From: an uncultured Gemmatimonadaceae bacterium
Lineage (GTDB): Bacteria; Latescibacterota; UBA2968; UBA8231
Length of the DNA stretch: 52,086 nt
Assembly (NCBI GenBank): GCA_964512165.1
Contig: CAZEHQ010000005.1
Span: forward strand, 1 to 52,086
Direction: 5' to 3'
The translations under genes were made by a program, and so were the position numbers. Positions 1 through 10,231 of this stretch are shown here, piece after piece (position 1 is the first letter of the stretch; each line of letters begins with the position of its first letter). Under the pieces are notes generated by a model. That model ran no database searches. It was not told the DNA's origin and worked only from the letters and a program-made list of their open reading frames with translations.

Positions 1-185
1 TCTTCGTGGGCCCCGAGGGGGGCTTCGCGCCGGAGGAGGTGGACGCCCTCGGCGCCCTCGGGGCGCGGAAGTTCGCGTGGGGGAATCGAAGGCTGCGCGC
101 CGAGACCGCCGCCGTCGTCCTGTCGGCGATGGTCATCACCGTGATGGAGTGGCAATGCGAAGAGACTGCAGCATCCTCGTTCTGA
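1..185 (+). CDS. rsmE: 3' end of an RsmE-family 16S rRNA methyltransferase gene (5' end lies outside the window)
   Basis: Frame 3 reads ..[39 protein letters not shown] with TGA at 183-185. GPEGGF-x-EE and LR-x-ETA are the conserved C-terminal motifs of the RsmE SPOUT family. Confidence 0.6.
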   Translation, partial: FVGPEGGFAPEEVDALGALGARKFAWGNRRLRAETAAVVLSAMVITVMEWQCEETAASSF

Positions 186-610
186 GCGGTCCCAACTTGA
201 ATCTCCTCGGCACTCGCGAGCCCGAGGTCTACGGTTCCCATACCCTCGCCGGCATCGAGGAGCGGGTGAGGGCCGCCGCCGCCGAGATGGGCGCCGAGGT
301 CCGCTGCCGGCAATCGAACCACGAGGGCGAGTTGGTCGAGGCCGTGCACGAGGCCCGCGGCTGGGCCGACGGTGCCGTCTTCAACCCCGGGGCCTTCACC
401 CACTACAGCCTCGCCCTGCGCGACGCGGTCTCGGCGGCGGGACTGCCCACCGTCGAGGTGCACCTGTCCAACGTCCACGGCCGCGAGTCCTTCCGCCGCC
501 GCTCGGTGATCGCCCCCGTCTGCCTCGGCCAGATCGCCGGCTTCGGCCCGGACAGCTATGTCCTCGGATTGCGCGCGGTGGTGGGACGGGTACGGGCGGA
601 AGACGGCTGA
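155..610 (+). CDS. aroQ: Type II 3-dehydroquinate dehydratase
   Basis: [58 protein letters not shown] is the classic AroQ motif set. I chose the internal ATG at 155 rather than the ORF-track start at 77 because homologues begin just before the [13 protein letters not shown] strand. Confidence 0.9.
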   Translation: MRRDCSILVLSGPNLNLLGTREPEVYGSHTLAGIEERVRAAAAEMGAEVRCRQSNHEGELVEAVHEARGWADGAVFNPGAFTHYSLALRDAVSAAGLPTVEVHLSNVHGRESFRRRSVIAPVCLGQIAGFGPDSYVLGLRAVVGRVRAEDG

Positions 611-683
611 GGGCGGCACCGATCGCCGCCTTCCCGGAGAGAGACCGCTGGCCGCCGGGCCGGGGCCCGGGAGCGGCAGGCCC

Positions 684-1280
684 TCAGAAGGCGTGACGGT
701 AGACGAGCTGAACCGCGGGCTTTCCCGCGGCGTCGAGGGACAGGGTGGGGAAGACCTTCCGGGTCTTGGTGCGAGGGATCAGGGCCACACCCAGGCAGCC
801 GGCGGCGAGCACGCCCGAGCTCCAGCCCCAGAGGCGAGCCCGGTCGGCCTTGTCCTCGAGGTCCTGGGCCCGGGCGAGCAGACCGGCCTGATCTTCCAGG
901 TCCGAGTTGTTGTTCCGGTTGATCTGCGCCTCCTCATCGCGGGCGGAGGCGGTGTCGAACTGGAGCCAGGAGATGAGTCCGAGGGCCACGGTCCCGCCGA
1001 GGAAGCTGATGTACGGGAACTCCCGGACCTGGACGACGCGGGCCTGGCTGCCCAGGGAATCGAGGGTGACCACCTTGGAGACTTCGGCAACGTCGAAGGT
1101 GTGGATCTCTCCGTTTCCGCTCCGCAGGATGAGGAGATCGTCGTCGCGATTGAGCAGCTGCCCCATGACCACGGTGCCGTCGGCCAGGTAGATGCGGGCG
1201 TCGGGAGCGCCCTGCGCCAGCAGCGCCGCGGGCTGCAGGGCGAGACAGGTGACCACGATCAGAGAGACCATCGGACGCAT
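684..1280 (-). CDS. Hypothetical secreted/membrane protein (signal peptide, two predicted TM helices flanking an acidic coiled segment)
   Basis: This is the last 198 codons of the 609-aa minus-strand ORF. The ATG ('cat' at 1278-1280) is followed by the hydrophobic MRPMVSLIVVTCLALQPAALLAQG leader. GC3 is high in this frame. No family recognised. Confidence 0.55.
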   Translation of the reverse strand: MRPMVSLIVVTCLALQPAALLAQGAPDARIYLADGTVVMGQLLNRDDDLLILRSGNGEIHTFDVAEVSKVVTLDSLGSQARVVQVREFPYISFLGGTVALGLISWLQFDTASARDEEAQINRNNNSDLEDQAGLLARAQDLEDKADRARLWGWSSGVLAAGCLGVALIPRTKTRKVFPTLSLDAAGKPAVQLVYRHAF

Positions 1281-1376
1281 GGCGCGCCTCCCGCGTAAGG
1301 TGTTGCACCGCAAGGCGAACTCGTTTCCAACGGCGGTCTTCGGCAATATACGGTTCGCCGTGGGGCCGTCAACGAC

Positions 1377-2543
1377 ATGAGGTTGGACGCGGACTCGATC
1401 CCGCGGGCCACGGTGGCGCAGATCGAGGCGGCCCTGGCGCGCGTCGGCGCCGGCCGGCGGGTCATCGCCCTCCTGGAGCGTGATCCCCGCGCCGGGGTGC
1501 GTCGGCTGGCGATGCGCGAGCGGCGGCGCTACCGGGCGCGCATGGCCGAGAGCAGGCGCCGGCGCCGGCTGCGGGATCTCGAGGAGCGCTACTGGCAGGA
1601 GGGCCTGTCGCGCGTGGCCGGGGTGGACGAGGTCGGGAGGGGATGCCTGGCGGGTCCGGTGGTGGCCGCGGCCGTCGTGCTGCCCCCGGAGGCGTCCGTG
1701 GCCGTAGAGCTCTTCGACCTCGACGACTCCAAGGTCCTCGACGCCGACGCCCGCTCCCGGCTCCGGGACGAGATCCTCGCCCTGGCCCTCTCCTGGGCCG
1801 TCGCCCCGGTGGCCGCGGAGGTGATCGACCGGATCAACATCCTCGAGGCCTCCATGGAGGCGATGCGCATGGCGATCTCGGGCCTCGAGCCGGCCCCGGA
1901 CCGGGTCCTGGTGGACGGCTCCCGGGCTCCGGGCAGCGGCCTGCCCGAGACCGCCGTCGTCGACGGAGACGCGCGCTCCCTGAGCATCGCCGCCGCCTCG
2001 GTGGTGGCCAAGGAGCACCGCGACCGGATGATGGAGGAGCTCCACCCGCGGTTTCCCGAGTACGGCTTCGACACCAACAAGGGTTACGCGAGCCCCGCGC
2101 ACCGGGAGGCTCTGGCGCGCCACGGTCCCTGCGCGCTCCACCGCCTCACGTTCTCTCCCCTGGCTCAGCGCGAGCAGCTCAGCCTGGACCTCGGCCCGGA
2201 CACCGGGCGGGACGGGGAGACCGTCGCCGCCGACTACCTCCTCGAGAAGGGGTACCGCGTCCTGCACCGCCGCTACCGAGCCGCCGGCGGCGAGATCGAT
2301 CTCATCGCCGCCGACGGGGACTGCTGTGTCTTCGTCGAGGTCAAGTCCACCGACCGGGCGTCGGGTCGACCGGAGGACCGGGTCCGCCGGGACAAGCGCC
2401 GCAAGCTGATCCGCTGTGCCCGTCGGTTCGTGGAGAGAGCCGCCCCGGGGACGGAGTACCGGTTCGACGTGGTCGCCGTCGATCTCTCCGACCGGACTCC
2501 GGCCGTCGAGCACATGGAGGACGCCTTCGACGCCGGGGCCTGA
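1377..2543 (+). CDS. rnhB: Ribonuclease HII fused to a C-terminal YraN/UPF0102 endonuclease-like domain
   Basis: RNase HII core: VAGVDEVGRGCLAGPVVAAAVVL, DDSKVL, ASVVAKEHRD, YGFDTNKGY. This is followed in the same ORF by the UPF0102 signature: GETVAADYLLEKGYRVLHRRYRAAGGEIDLIAADGDCCVFVEVKS..RFDVVAV. Confidence 0.85.
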   Translation: MRLDADSIPRATVAQIEAALARVGAGRRVIALLERDPRAGVRRLAMRERRRYRARMAESRRRRRLRDLEERYWQEGLSRVAGVDEVGRGCLAGPVVAAAVVLPPEASVAVELFDLDDSKVLDADARSRLRDEILALALSWAVAPVAAEVIDRINILEASMEAMRMAISGLEPAPDRVLVDGSRAPGSGLPETAVVDGDARSLSIAAASVVAKEHRDRMMEELHPRFPEYGFDTNKGYASPAHREALARHGPCALHRLTFSPLAQREQLSLDLGPDTGRDGETVAADYLLEKGYRVLHRRYRAAGGEIDLIAADGDCCVFVEVKSTDRASGRPEDRVRRDKRRKLIRCARRFVERAAPGTEYRFDVVAVDLSDRTPAVEHMEDAFDAGA

Positions 2544-2558
2544 GACGGACCGCCGGTC

Positions 2559-3848
2559 CTACCGCCCCGGCTCTCGGTACACCACCCGTCCGGCCACAAC
2601 CGTCGCCACCGCCCGTCCGACGAGCTCGGAGCCGGCGAAGGGGGTGTTGCGCGCACGGGAGCGGAAGGCGGCGGGGTCGACGGTCCAGCGGCGGGCCGGG
2701 TCGATGACCGTGACATCGCCCGGATCGCCCTCGGCCAGCCGTCCGCCGGGCAGACCCAGGATGCGGGCCGGCGCCGCGGACCAGCGATCGACGAGGGCCG
2801 GCATGTCGAGCAGGCCGGTCTCCACGAGGGATGCCATCGAGAGTCCGATGGCCGTCTCCAGCCCGACGATGCCGAAGGCCGCCTCGGGCAGGGGACAGGT
2901 CTTTTCCTCCACCGTGTGCGGCGCGTGATCGGTGGCGATCGTGTCGACCGTCCCGTCGGCCAGCCCGGCGACAATGGCGGCCACGTCGGCCGCCGAGCGC
3001 AGGGGGGGCGCCATCTTCGCCAGCGGTCCCTGGCGGGCCACTTCCTCATCGGTGAGGATGAAGTGATGGGGCAGCGCTTCGCAGGTCACGGGCAGGCCCT
3101 CGGCCTTGGCGGCGCGGACCAGCTCCACCGTGCCCGCGGTGCTGATGTGGGCGATGTGCAGGGGCCCGCCGGTCCGGCGGACGAGGTCGATGTCCCGCCG
3201 GATCATCTCCTCCTCGCCCGCCGCGGGCATGCCCCGCACACCAAGACGGGCGGAGACCTCGCCCTCGTGCATGCAGCCGCCGGCGGTGAGGGACCGCACC
3301 TCCTCGTGCGGAAAGAGAGGACGGCCGAGCCGCCGGGCCTCCTCGAGGGCGGCGCGCATGAGGGCCTCCTCCTCCACCGGGTCGCCGTCGTCGGAGAACG
3401 CCACCGCCCCGGCCTCTGACATCTCCGCGAGGGGGGCCAGCTCCCGGCCGGCGCGTCCCAGGGTGATCGACCCGATGGCGTGGACCCGGACGCGGGCGTC
3501 CCGCACGGCGCGCCCGGCGAGGTCGCGCACGCGCTCGGCGGAGTCCGGCGGCGGCTCGGTGTTCGGCATGGCGGCGACAGCGGTGAAGCCGCCCGCGGCG
3601 GCGGCGGCGGTGCCGGAGGCGATCGTCTCCTTGTGCTCGAACCCCGGCTCGCGCAGGTGGACGTGAGAGTCGATGAAGCCCGGGCAGACGATCAGCCCCG
3701 CAGCGTCGAGGACCTCCGCTCCCGGCGCTGCCCGGCCGGCGACCCGGCCCTCGGAGATGATCAGGTCGCCCACGGTGTCGACGCCGCGGGCGGGGTCGAC
3801 GACGCGTCCACCCCGCAGGACCAGGTCCCCCCCCGTGTCTCCCCTCAT
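2559..3848 (-). CDS. pyrC: Dihydroorotase
   Basis: PGFIDSHVHLREPGFEHKETIASGTAAAAAGGFTAV..MPNT and ..TIATDHAPH are amidohydrolase/dihydroorotase motifs. TAG stop at 2559-2561 (minus strand). Confidence 0.85.
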   Translation of the reverse strand: MRGDTGGDLVLRGGRVVDPARGVDTVGDLIISEGRVAGRAAPGAEVLDAAGLIVCPGFIDSHVHLREPGFEHKETIASGTAAAAAGGFTAVAAMPNTEPPPDSAERVRDLAGRAVRDARVRVHAIGSITLGRAGRELAPLAEMSEAGAVAFSDDGDPVEEEALMRAALEEARRLGRPLFPHEEVRSLTAGGCMHEGEVSARLGVRGMPAAGEEEMIRRDIDLVRRTGGPLHIAHISTAGTVELVRAAKAEGLPVTCEALPHHFILTDEEVARQGPLAKMAPPLRSAADVAAIVAGLADGTVDTIATDHAPHTVEEKTCPLPEAAFGIVGLETAIGLSMASLVETGLLDMPALVDRWSAAPARILGLPGGRLAEGDPGDVTVIDPARRWTVDPAAFRSRARNTPFAGSELVGRAVATVVAGRVVYREPGR

Positions 3849-5569
3849 TCCCTTCCTTCCTCTGCCTGCCGCAGACTGCGAAGAAAGCCGCAGGCTTCGT
3901 CATGAGTCATCCACGGCGGCACCGTCCACCCGCGGCGCCTCAGGGCGACGGCGAGCTGCAGGGCGCCGGGCAGCTCCGCGGGATGCTCCGGGTCCGCGGA
4001 AGCGCTGATCCGGTCGAGGGTTTCCCGCGTGGCGCCTTGCCAGCGCACCCGTCCGGCGTCCAGACAGGTGATGCGGCCGCAGAGCTCCGCCACCAGGTCC
4101 ATGTCGTGGCTGATCAGCACCAGCCCGTGCCCGCCGCCGGCGAGTTCCGTGAGCAGGGCCGCGATCCTCTCCCGGTTGCCGCGGTCGAGCCCGGCGGTGG
4201 GCTCGTCCAGGACCAGGATGGAGGGACGGATGGAGAGCACGCCGGCGATCGCCGCCCGCCTCCGCTCCCCGCCGCTGAGGCCCAGGGGAGGCCGGGAGCC
4301 GAACTCCGGGGCGGGCAGGCCCACGGCGTCGAGCGCGGCGAGGGCCCGCCGCTGCGACTCGGCTTCGTCATGGCCGTGGTTCCGCGGGCCGAAGGCGACG
4401 TCCTCCTGCACCGTCTCCTCGAAGAGCTGGGTCTCGGGGAACTGGAAGACCAGCCCCACCTCCCGGCGCACGGCCGCCGCGTCGCCCGTGCGCCATATGT
4501 CGCTGCCGTCGAGCAGGACCTGCCCCGTCGTCGGCCGCAGCAGCCCGTTGAGGTGCTGCGCCAGGGTGGTCTTGCCCGAACCGCCGGGGCCCAGCAGGCC
4601 GGTGATCACGCCGCCGGGGACCTCCAGGTCGACCCCGTGCAGAGCCGCCACCGGCGCCGGCAGACCGCCGCGGTAGGTGTGTCCCACCCGCTGTGCGGAC
4701 AGCCGGCTCGAAGCGGCTTCGGAGTCGCCGGAGGCGGGAGCTTCCGGATGGTGACCGTGGGCGGAGAAGCGGTCCGTCAGCCAGCCCGCGAGTCCCTCCA
4801 GGTCCAGGGCGTCGGCAGCACTCCCTCCCGCCGCCTCCGCGGCCTCGGCGGCAAAGGGCGCGGAGAGGCCGATCCGGCGCAGCCGGGAGCCGCCGGAAAA
4901 CACCCTGGACGGCGGGCCGTCCTCCAGGATCCGGCCCTCGCACAGGATCAGGAGGCGCCCGGCCTCGGCCGCCTCCTCCGGAGACTGGGTGATCTGCAGG
5001 AGGGTCAGGCCGTGCCGGCGCCAGAGCCGGGCCATGGTCTCGATCAGGCCGCGGCGGCTCCCGGGGTCCAGCAGAGCCGTGGGCTCATCCAGCACGAGGT
5101 AGCGGGGCCGCACGGCCACGGCCGAGGCGATGGCGAGCCTCTGGCGCTCTCCGCCCGACAGCAGATGGGGTGGGTGGTTCCGGTAGACGTCGAGGTTGAA
5201 CTCCCGCAGAACCTCCTCCACCCGGCGGCGCATGGCCCCCGGCTCGACACCGTGGTTCTCCAGTCCGAAGGCGATCTCGGACTCGACCGTCGGCGCCACG
5301 AGCTGGTCGTCCGGATGCTGGAAGACCATCGCCACCCGGCGCCGGATCTCCGGGAGGTGGGCCTCCTCCGCCGTGGACAGACCGTCGACGCTGACGGTGC
5401 CCGAGGTCGGCCGTTGAAGGGCGTTGAGGGTGCGGGCGAGGGTGGTCTTTCCGGAGCCGTTCGGACCCATGAGCGCTACCCACTCGCCCTGGGCCACCTC
5501 CAAGTCGAGGCCACGCAGGGCCTGGATGCCGCCGGGGTGCTCGACGGAGAGGGCTCGAGTACGGATCAT
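3845..5569 (-). CDS. Fused tandem ABC ATPase of the ECF-transporter type (EcfA1-EcfA2-like)
   Basis: Two complete nucleotide-binding domains: GPNGSGKTT..LSGGERQR..LVLDEPTALLD and GPGGSGKTT..LSGGERRR..LVLDEPTAGLD. VFQHPDDQL / VFQFPETQLF are typical of the CbiO/EcfA family. Start chosen at MIRTRALSV. The stop overlaps the pyrC start by 4 nt. Confidence 0.8.
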   Translation of the reverse strand: MIRTRALSVEHPGGIQALRGLDLEVAQGEWVALMGPNGSGKTTLARTLNALQRPTSGTVSVDGLSTAEEAHLPEIRRRVAMVFQHPDDQLVAPTVESEIAFGLENHGVEPGAMRRRVEEVLREFNLDVYRNHPPHLLSGGERQRLAIASAVAVRPRYLVLDEPTALLDPGSRRGLIETMARLWRRHGLTLLQITQSPEEAAEAGRLLILCEGRILEDGPPSRVFSGGSRLRRIGLSAPFAAEAAEAAGGSAADALDLEGLAGWLTDRFSAHGHHPEAPASGDSEAASSRLSAQRVGHTYRGGLPAPVAALHGVDLEVPGGVITGLLGPGGSGKTTLAQHLNGLLRPTTGQVLLDGSDIWRTGDAAAVRREVGLVFQFPETQLFEETVQEDVAFGPRNHGHDEAESQRRALAALDAVGLPAPEFGSRPPLGLSGGERRRAAIAGVLSIRPSILVLDEPTAGLDRGNRERIAALLTELAGGGHGLVLISHDMDLVAELCGRITCLDAGRVRWQGATRETLDRISASADPEHPAELPGALQLAVALRRRGWTVPPWMTHDEACGFLRSLRQAEEGRE

Positions 5570-5709
5570 CGCCCGGGAGTGGAGGATGCGTTGCCCCCGC
5601 AACTGCGGGGGGTTACCTTCGGAAGCCTGCTCATAAGGGCGCCTGTTCTCCGGCGCCCGTCAAGTGACGCAATCGCGGCCTGACGGGCCGCCAAGCCTGA
5701 GAGGCTGCT

Positions 5710-6552
5710 TTGATCCGATCCCTCCTCGCGAGGTTCCGGCGCCCGCTGGTGCTGGCCGCGGCGCTGTCCATCGGTTGCGCCGACGACGACGACCGCCCGC
5801 AGATCACGGGGCCCGAGTTGCCCGCCGCGGAGGGGCGTCTCTACCGGATCCAGGAAGTCACCTTTCCCACGGTCGACGAGATCCCCGTGGCGGCCTCCTA
5901 CGTCCGGTCCAGCGAGGAGACCCGCCCCGTGGTCATCCTCATCCACGGCCTTGGAGACCAGCTCGCCCGCCTGGAGTGGGTGTTTTCCGATCGCTTCCCG
6001 GCGATCCTGGAGGCCGGCTACCACGCCCTGGCCATCGACTTGCGAGGCCACGGGGAGACACCCCTGCCCGACGACGGCCGTCCAGCCGGACAGCTGACCT
6101 ACGCCGATCTCGAGGAAATGCATCTGGAGGTGGGCGCCGCCATCAGCTGGCTGCGCGGCCAGCCCACGGCCGACAGGGCCCGCATCGGTGTCATCGGCGT
6201 CGGCCTCGGCGCCAGCGTCGCCTTCGTGAGCATGGGGGCCTTCGCCGACGACCTTCGCGCCGGCGTCGCCCTGTCCCCGGGGTTCTGGGATCCCGACCTT
6301 CGGCCTGTCGTCATCGGTGGGGACATCTCACCCTTCGCACCCCACACCATTCTCTACCTGGCGGGGGGCGCGGATACCCTGACCCTCGGCGACACCGTCA
6401 TCAATCTGTGGGAGTGGGCCTCCGTCCTGGCAGAGAACACGCCGGAGTCGGGCCTGCACATCGTCGAGGAGAGCCCCGCCCACGGCTTCGAGCTGCTGAA
6501 CACCCCGGGGGTCATGCAGCGGATCCTCGACTGGCTCCAGGCCCACCTCTAG
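5710..6552 (+). CDS. Lipoprotein with an alpha/beta-hydrolase fold (dienelactone-hydrolase-like)
   Basis: Lipobox LAAALSIGC is followed by VVILIHGLGD, DLRGHGE and RIGVIGVGLGASVAF (nucleophile-elbow-like). TAG stop. Confidence 0.65.
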   Translation: MIRSLLARFRRPLVLAAALSIGCADDDDRPQITGPELPAAEGRLYRIQEVTFPTVDEIPVAASYVRSSEETRPVVILIHGLGDQLARLEWVFSDRFPAILEAGYHALAIDLRGHGETPLPDDGRPAGQLTYADLEEMHLEVGAAISWLRGQPTADRARIGVIGVGLGASVAFVSMGAFADDLRAGVALSPGFWDPDLRPVVIGGDISPFAPHTILYLAGGADTLTLGDTVINLWEWASVLAENTPESGLHIVEESPAHGFELLNTPGVMQRILDWLQAHL

Positions 6553-6586
6553 CAGAGGCCGCCTGCGGGCGCCGACGGTCCTCCAG

Positions 6587-7270
6587 TTGGCGGGCAAGGT
6601 CGCGGTCATCATCCCCGCCCGCAACGAGCAGGACGCCATCCTCCGCGTCCTTGCCGACATCCCGCCCGCAACCGCGGACGACGTCATCGTCGTCGACAAC
6701 GACTCCGCGGACGCCACCGCGCAGAGGGCCGCCGAGTGGGGGGCCCGCGTCGTCCACGAACCCCGAAGGGGGTACGGACAGGCCTGCCTGGCCGGGATCG
6801 CCGCGCTGCATCCGGAGACCGAGATCGTCGTCTTCCTCGATGGCGACTACAGCGATTACCCCGGGGAGATGGTGGATCTCCTCGAGCCGCTGCTGGCGGG
6901 CGAGGCCGACTTCGTCGTCGGCTCACGGGTCCTCGGGCGGCGGGAGCCCGGGGCGATGCTGCCCCAGGCCCGCTTCGGCAACGCCCTGGCCACCGTCCTG
7001 ATCCGGTGGCTGTACGGTGTGTCGTACACCGATCTCGGGCCCTTCCGGGCGATCCGGCGGGAAACCCTCGAGCGCATCGGCATGTGCGACCGCGATTTCG
7101 GCTGGACCGTCGAGATGCAGGTCAAGGCGGCGCGTCTCGGGGTGGTCGCCGTCGAGGTGCCGGTCAGCTACCGGCGCCGACTCGCCGGTGCCTCGAAGGT
7201 CACCGGGACTCTGGCAGGGACCGTGCGGGCCGGGTGGAAGATCCTGGGCACGATCTTCCGCCACGCTTGA
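6587..7270 (+). CDS. Family 2 glycosyltransferase
   Basis: VAVIIPARNEQDAI..VIVVDNDSADAT..RRGYGQA..FLDGDYSD is the GT2 (GT-A, DxD) pattern. TTG start taken from the ORF track. Confidence 0.75.
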   Translation: MAGKVAVIIPARNEQDAILRVLADIPPATADDVIVVDNDSADATAQRAAEWGARVVHEPRRGYGQACLAGIAALHPETEIVVFLDGDYSDYPGEMVDLLEPLLAGEADFVVGSRVLGRREPGAMLPQARFGNALATVLIRWLYGVSYTDLGPFRAIRRETLERIGMCDRDFGWTVEMQVKAARLGVVAVEVPVSYRRRLAGASKVTGTLAGTVRAGWKILGTIFRHA

Positions 7271-7320
7271 CCCCCTTTCCGACCACCCGTAGCTTGCCGC
7301 GTCCCGGAGCAAGCCCCCCC

Positions 7321-8379
7321 ATGCGCCTCGAAGACCTCGACTTCGACCTGCCCGAGGGGCTCGTGGCCCAGTACCCTTCCTCCCGCCGCGACGCATCGCG
7401 CCTGCTGGCCATCGATCGGGATGGCGGCAGCCGGCGCCATCTCCTCTTCCGCCAGGTTCCCGACCTGCTGCGCCCCGAAGATGTCCTCGTCCTCAACCAG
7501 AGCCGGGTGGTGGCCGCCCGCCTCAACGGACGCAAGGCGAGGACGGGGGGACGCGTTCAGATCCTGCTCCTCGGCCGGGAGGAGGAGTGCTGGCTGGCCA
7601 TGGCCCGGCCCCTGCGGGGACTGGCGCCGGGGGACCGAATCGACCTCGACGGCTCGCAGGAGTCCCTGGAGGTGGTCGAGCGGGTCGAGGACAGGGTTCG
7701 CGTACGTCTGCCCCGGGCGGGGGCAGGGGCGCCCGAAGACGATCCCACCGGTTTCAAGGCTCTCCTGCCGCTGCTGGAGCGGGCCGGCGAGGTGCCGCTG
7801 CCTCCCTACATCCGCCGGGAGGGCGAGCCCCTCGACCGGGACCGCTACCAGACCGTCTACGCCCGTGACCCGGGATCGATCGCCGCCCCCACGGCCGGAC
7901 TGCACTTCACGGGCCAGCTGCTGGACCGCATCCGGTCGCTGGGAGTGGCGGGGGCGCACCTCGTCCTCCACGTCGGCCCCGGGACCTTCGAGACCATCCG
8001 CTGCGCCGACCCGCGGCGCCACCGCGTGGCGGCGGAGTACTACCGCCTGCCCGTCGAGACCGCCGAGGAGGTGAACCGGCGCCGCCGGGCGGGAGGCCGG
8101 GCGATCGCGGTGGGCACCACGGCGGTGCGCGTCCTCGAGTCCGCCTGGGACGGCCGCGGCCTGCGGGCGGGGGAGGGCTGGACCGACCTCGTCATCAAAC
8201 CTCCCCACCACTTCCGGGCGGTGGATGCCCTGATCACCAACTTCCACCGGCCGCGGTCAAGCCTGCTCATGCTGGCCGCCGCCTTTGCCGGCCGCCACCG
8301 GCTGCTGGACGCCTACGAGGAAGCGGTGCGCAAGGACTATCGCTTCCACAGCTATGGCGATGCCATGTTCATCGCCTGA
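7321..8379 (+). CDS. queA: S-adenosylmethionine:tRNA ribosyltransferase-isomerase
   Basis: [78 protein letters not shown] at 7321 sits inside the longer ORF-track entry. Confidence 0.9.
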   Translation: MRLEDLDFDLPEGLVAQYPSSRRDASRLLAIDRDGGSRRHLLFRQVPDLLRPEDVLVLNQSRVVAARLNGRKARTGGRVQILLLGREEECWLAMARPLRGLAPGDRIDLDGSQESLEVVERVEDRVRVRLPRAGAGAPEDDPTGFKALLPLLERAGEVPLPPYIRREGEPLDRDRYQTVYARDPGSIAAPTAGLHFTGQLLDRIRSLGVAGAHLVLHVGPGTFETIRCADPRRHRVAAEYYRLPVETAEEVNRRRRAGGRAIAVGTTAVRVLESAWDGRGLRAGEGWTDLVIKPPHHFRAVDALITNFHRPRSSLLMLAAAFAGRHRLLDAYEEAVRKDYRFHSYGDAMFIA

Positions 8380-8380
8380 C

Positions 8381-9511
8381 ATGGCGACGGCCGCCGCCAT
8401 CGTCCCCGCCGCCGGCCGGGGCCTTCGCATGGGCGAGGGCCCGACCAAACAGTACCGGCTGCTGAAGGGGCGCCCCGTCCTCTGGCACACCCTCGCGCGC
8501 CTGCAGGCCAGCCCGAGGATCAGTCGGATCATCGCGGCCATCCACGGCGATGACGAGGAGCGCTTCGGGCGCATCTCCTCCGATCCCTTCCTCGACAAGC
8601 TCCAGGCTCCGGTCATCGGCGGTTCCACGCGGTCGGAGTCGGTGCGGGCGGGGTTGGAAGCCCTCGCCGGCGAAGAACTCGTCCTCGTGCACGACGCCGT
8701 GCGGCCGTGGGTGTCGACGGACCTGATCGAGCGCATCGCGGCGGCGGCGGAGGAACACGGGGCCGCGGTGCCCGCCCTGCCGGTGACGGAGACGATCAAG
8801 GTCGTCGATGGCGGCCGGGTCCTCGAGTCCCCGGACCGCAGCCGCCTCTTCCGGGCCCAGACCCCCCAGGGTTTCCGCCGCTCCCTGCTGGAGGCGGCCT
8901 TCCGATCCCCCGCGCCGGGCCCGCAGCCGACGGACGAAGCCTCCATGCTGGAGCGGGCGGGGATCCCGGTGCACGTGGTGCGAGGAGAAGAGGCGAACGT
9001 GAAGATCACCCACCCCGAGGATCTCCGGATCGCCGCCGAGGTGCGCACCGGGATCGGTTGCGACGTGCACGCCTTCGCCGCCGGCCGGCCGCTGGTCCTC
9101 GGCGGCGTCACCATCCGGTCCGACCGGGGACTCGCGGGTCACTCGGACGCGGACGTCCTCACCCATGCCGTCATCGACGCCCTCCTGGGAGCCGCCGGCC
9201 TGGGGGACATCGGGCGTCTCTTCCCCGACGATGACCCGGAGTACGAGGGCATCTCCAGCCTCGTCCTTCTCGCCAGGGTACGGGATCGCCTGCGGGCGGT
9301 GGCGGCGGAGGTCGTCAACGTCGATGCCGTGGTCATGGCGCAGACGCCGAAGCTGGCCCCCCACGCCGGGGCGATGGCCGCGGCCCTCGCCGGCGCGCTG
9401 GGGATCGATCCCGGCCGGATCAGCGTCAAGGCGACGACCACCGAGCGTCTCGGGTTCGTCGGCCGGCAGGAGGGGATGGCGGCGCAGGCCGTGGCCTCGG
9501 TGCGGCTCTGA
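8381..9511 (+). CDS. ispDF: Bifunctional IspD/IspF (MEP cytidylyltransferase / MEcPP synthase)
   Basis: IspD: [32 protein letters not shown]. IspF: [28 protein letters not shown] at 8381, 1 nt after the queA stop. Confidence 0.9.
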   Translation: MATAAAIVPAAGRGLRMGEGPTKQYRLLKGRPVLWHTLARLQASPRISRIIAAIHGDDEERFGRISSDPFLDKLQAPVIGGSTRSESVRAGLEALAGEELVLVHDAVRPWVSTDLIERIAAAAEEHGAAVPALPVTETIKVVDGGRVLESPDRSRLFRAQTPQGFRRSLLEAAFRSPAPGPQPTDEASMLERAGIPVHVVRGEEANVKITHPEDLRIAAEVRTGIGCDVHAFAAGRPLVLGGVTIRSDRGLAGHSDADVLTHAVIDALLGAAGLGDIGRLFPDDDPEYEGISSLVLLARVRDRLRAVAAEVVNVDAVVMAQTPKLAPHAGAMAAALAGALGIDPGRISVKATTTERLGFVGRQEGMAAQAVASVRL

Positions 9512-9513
9512 CA

Positions 9514-10155
9514 GTGGGAGAGTTCGAGCAGCTGGTGCAGCGGATCGGGGAGCTCCCGGCGCCCTGGGCCTATGCCGCCCTGGGCCTGAGCGCCTTCCTC
9601 GAGAACGTCCTGCCGCCGGTTCCGGGCGACACGGTGGTCGTGTTCTCCGCCTACCTGGCCGGCCGGGGGGTGCTCTCCTGGGTCCCGGTCTACGCCGTGA
9701 CCTGCCTGGGGGGAACGGCGGGATTCCTGGTCATGTACGCCATCGGCCGGTCCCAGGGCCGCGGGTTTCTCCATGGCGGCGGCTGGCGCGCCCGGATCTT
9801 CCCGGAGCGGCGGATGCAGCGGGCGTCCCGGTGGCTGCAGCGCTACGGTGCCTGGCTCGTCCTCGGCAACCGGTTTCTCAGCGGCGTAAGGTCGGTCATC
9901 GCCATCAGCGCGGGCTTCGGGGGGCTGGGCTGGCCCACGGTGGCGGGGCTGGGCATGGTGAGCATGCTCCTGTGGAACGGCCTTCTCCTGTACGCGGGGA
10001 TGGCCCTCGGGGAGAACTGGGACCGGGTCTCGGAGTTGCTGGCCCGGTACAACCGGGGGATGATGGCCCTGCTGGCCGCCGCGGCGGCCGCGGCCGGGCT
10101 TCGCTTGTGGCTGCGGCGACGTTCCACCATTGACAATCGGAGCCGTTCGGGATAG
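9514..10155 (+). CDS. DedA-family inner-membrane protein
   Basis: [40 protein letters not shown]-like pattern, with multiple hydrophobic helices. GTG start 3 nt after the ispDF stop. Confidence 0.7.
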   Translation: MGEFEQLVQRIGELPAPWAYAALGLSAFLENVLPPVPGDTVVVFSAYLAGRGVLSWVPVYAVTCLGGTAGFLVMYAIGRSQGRGFLHGGGWRARIFPERRMQRASRWLQRYGAWLVLGNRFLSGVRSVIAISAGFGGLGWPTVAGLGMVSMLLWNGLLLYAGMALGENWDRVSELLARYNRGMMALLAAAAAAAGLRLWLRRRSTIDNRSRSG

Positions 10156-10231
10156 CTTCACATGTTCCTTTCGAATTGCCGCGAGCAGCTGTCGCGCCTC
10201 GAATGCCGGGCTCTCCAAAGGTGATCCGGAG

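Noticed and set aside
684-2513. 609-aa minus-strand ORF that might be read as one large protein.
   Set aside because: Only the last 198 codons (684-1280) look genuine, with a signal peptide and normal composition. The upstream 400 codons are an Arg/Gly/Pro-rich shadow of the plus-strand rnhB::yraN gene, as expected for antisense frames in very GC-rich DNA.
6736-8379. 547-aa ORF implying an N-terminally extended QueA.
   Set aside because: The first 195 or so codons overlap the well-supported GT2 gene in another frame and are Arg/Gly/Pro-rich. QueA homologues start at the [11 protein letters not shown] motif (ATG 7321).
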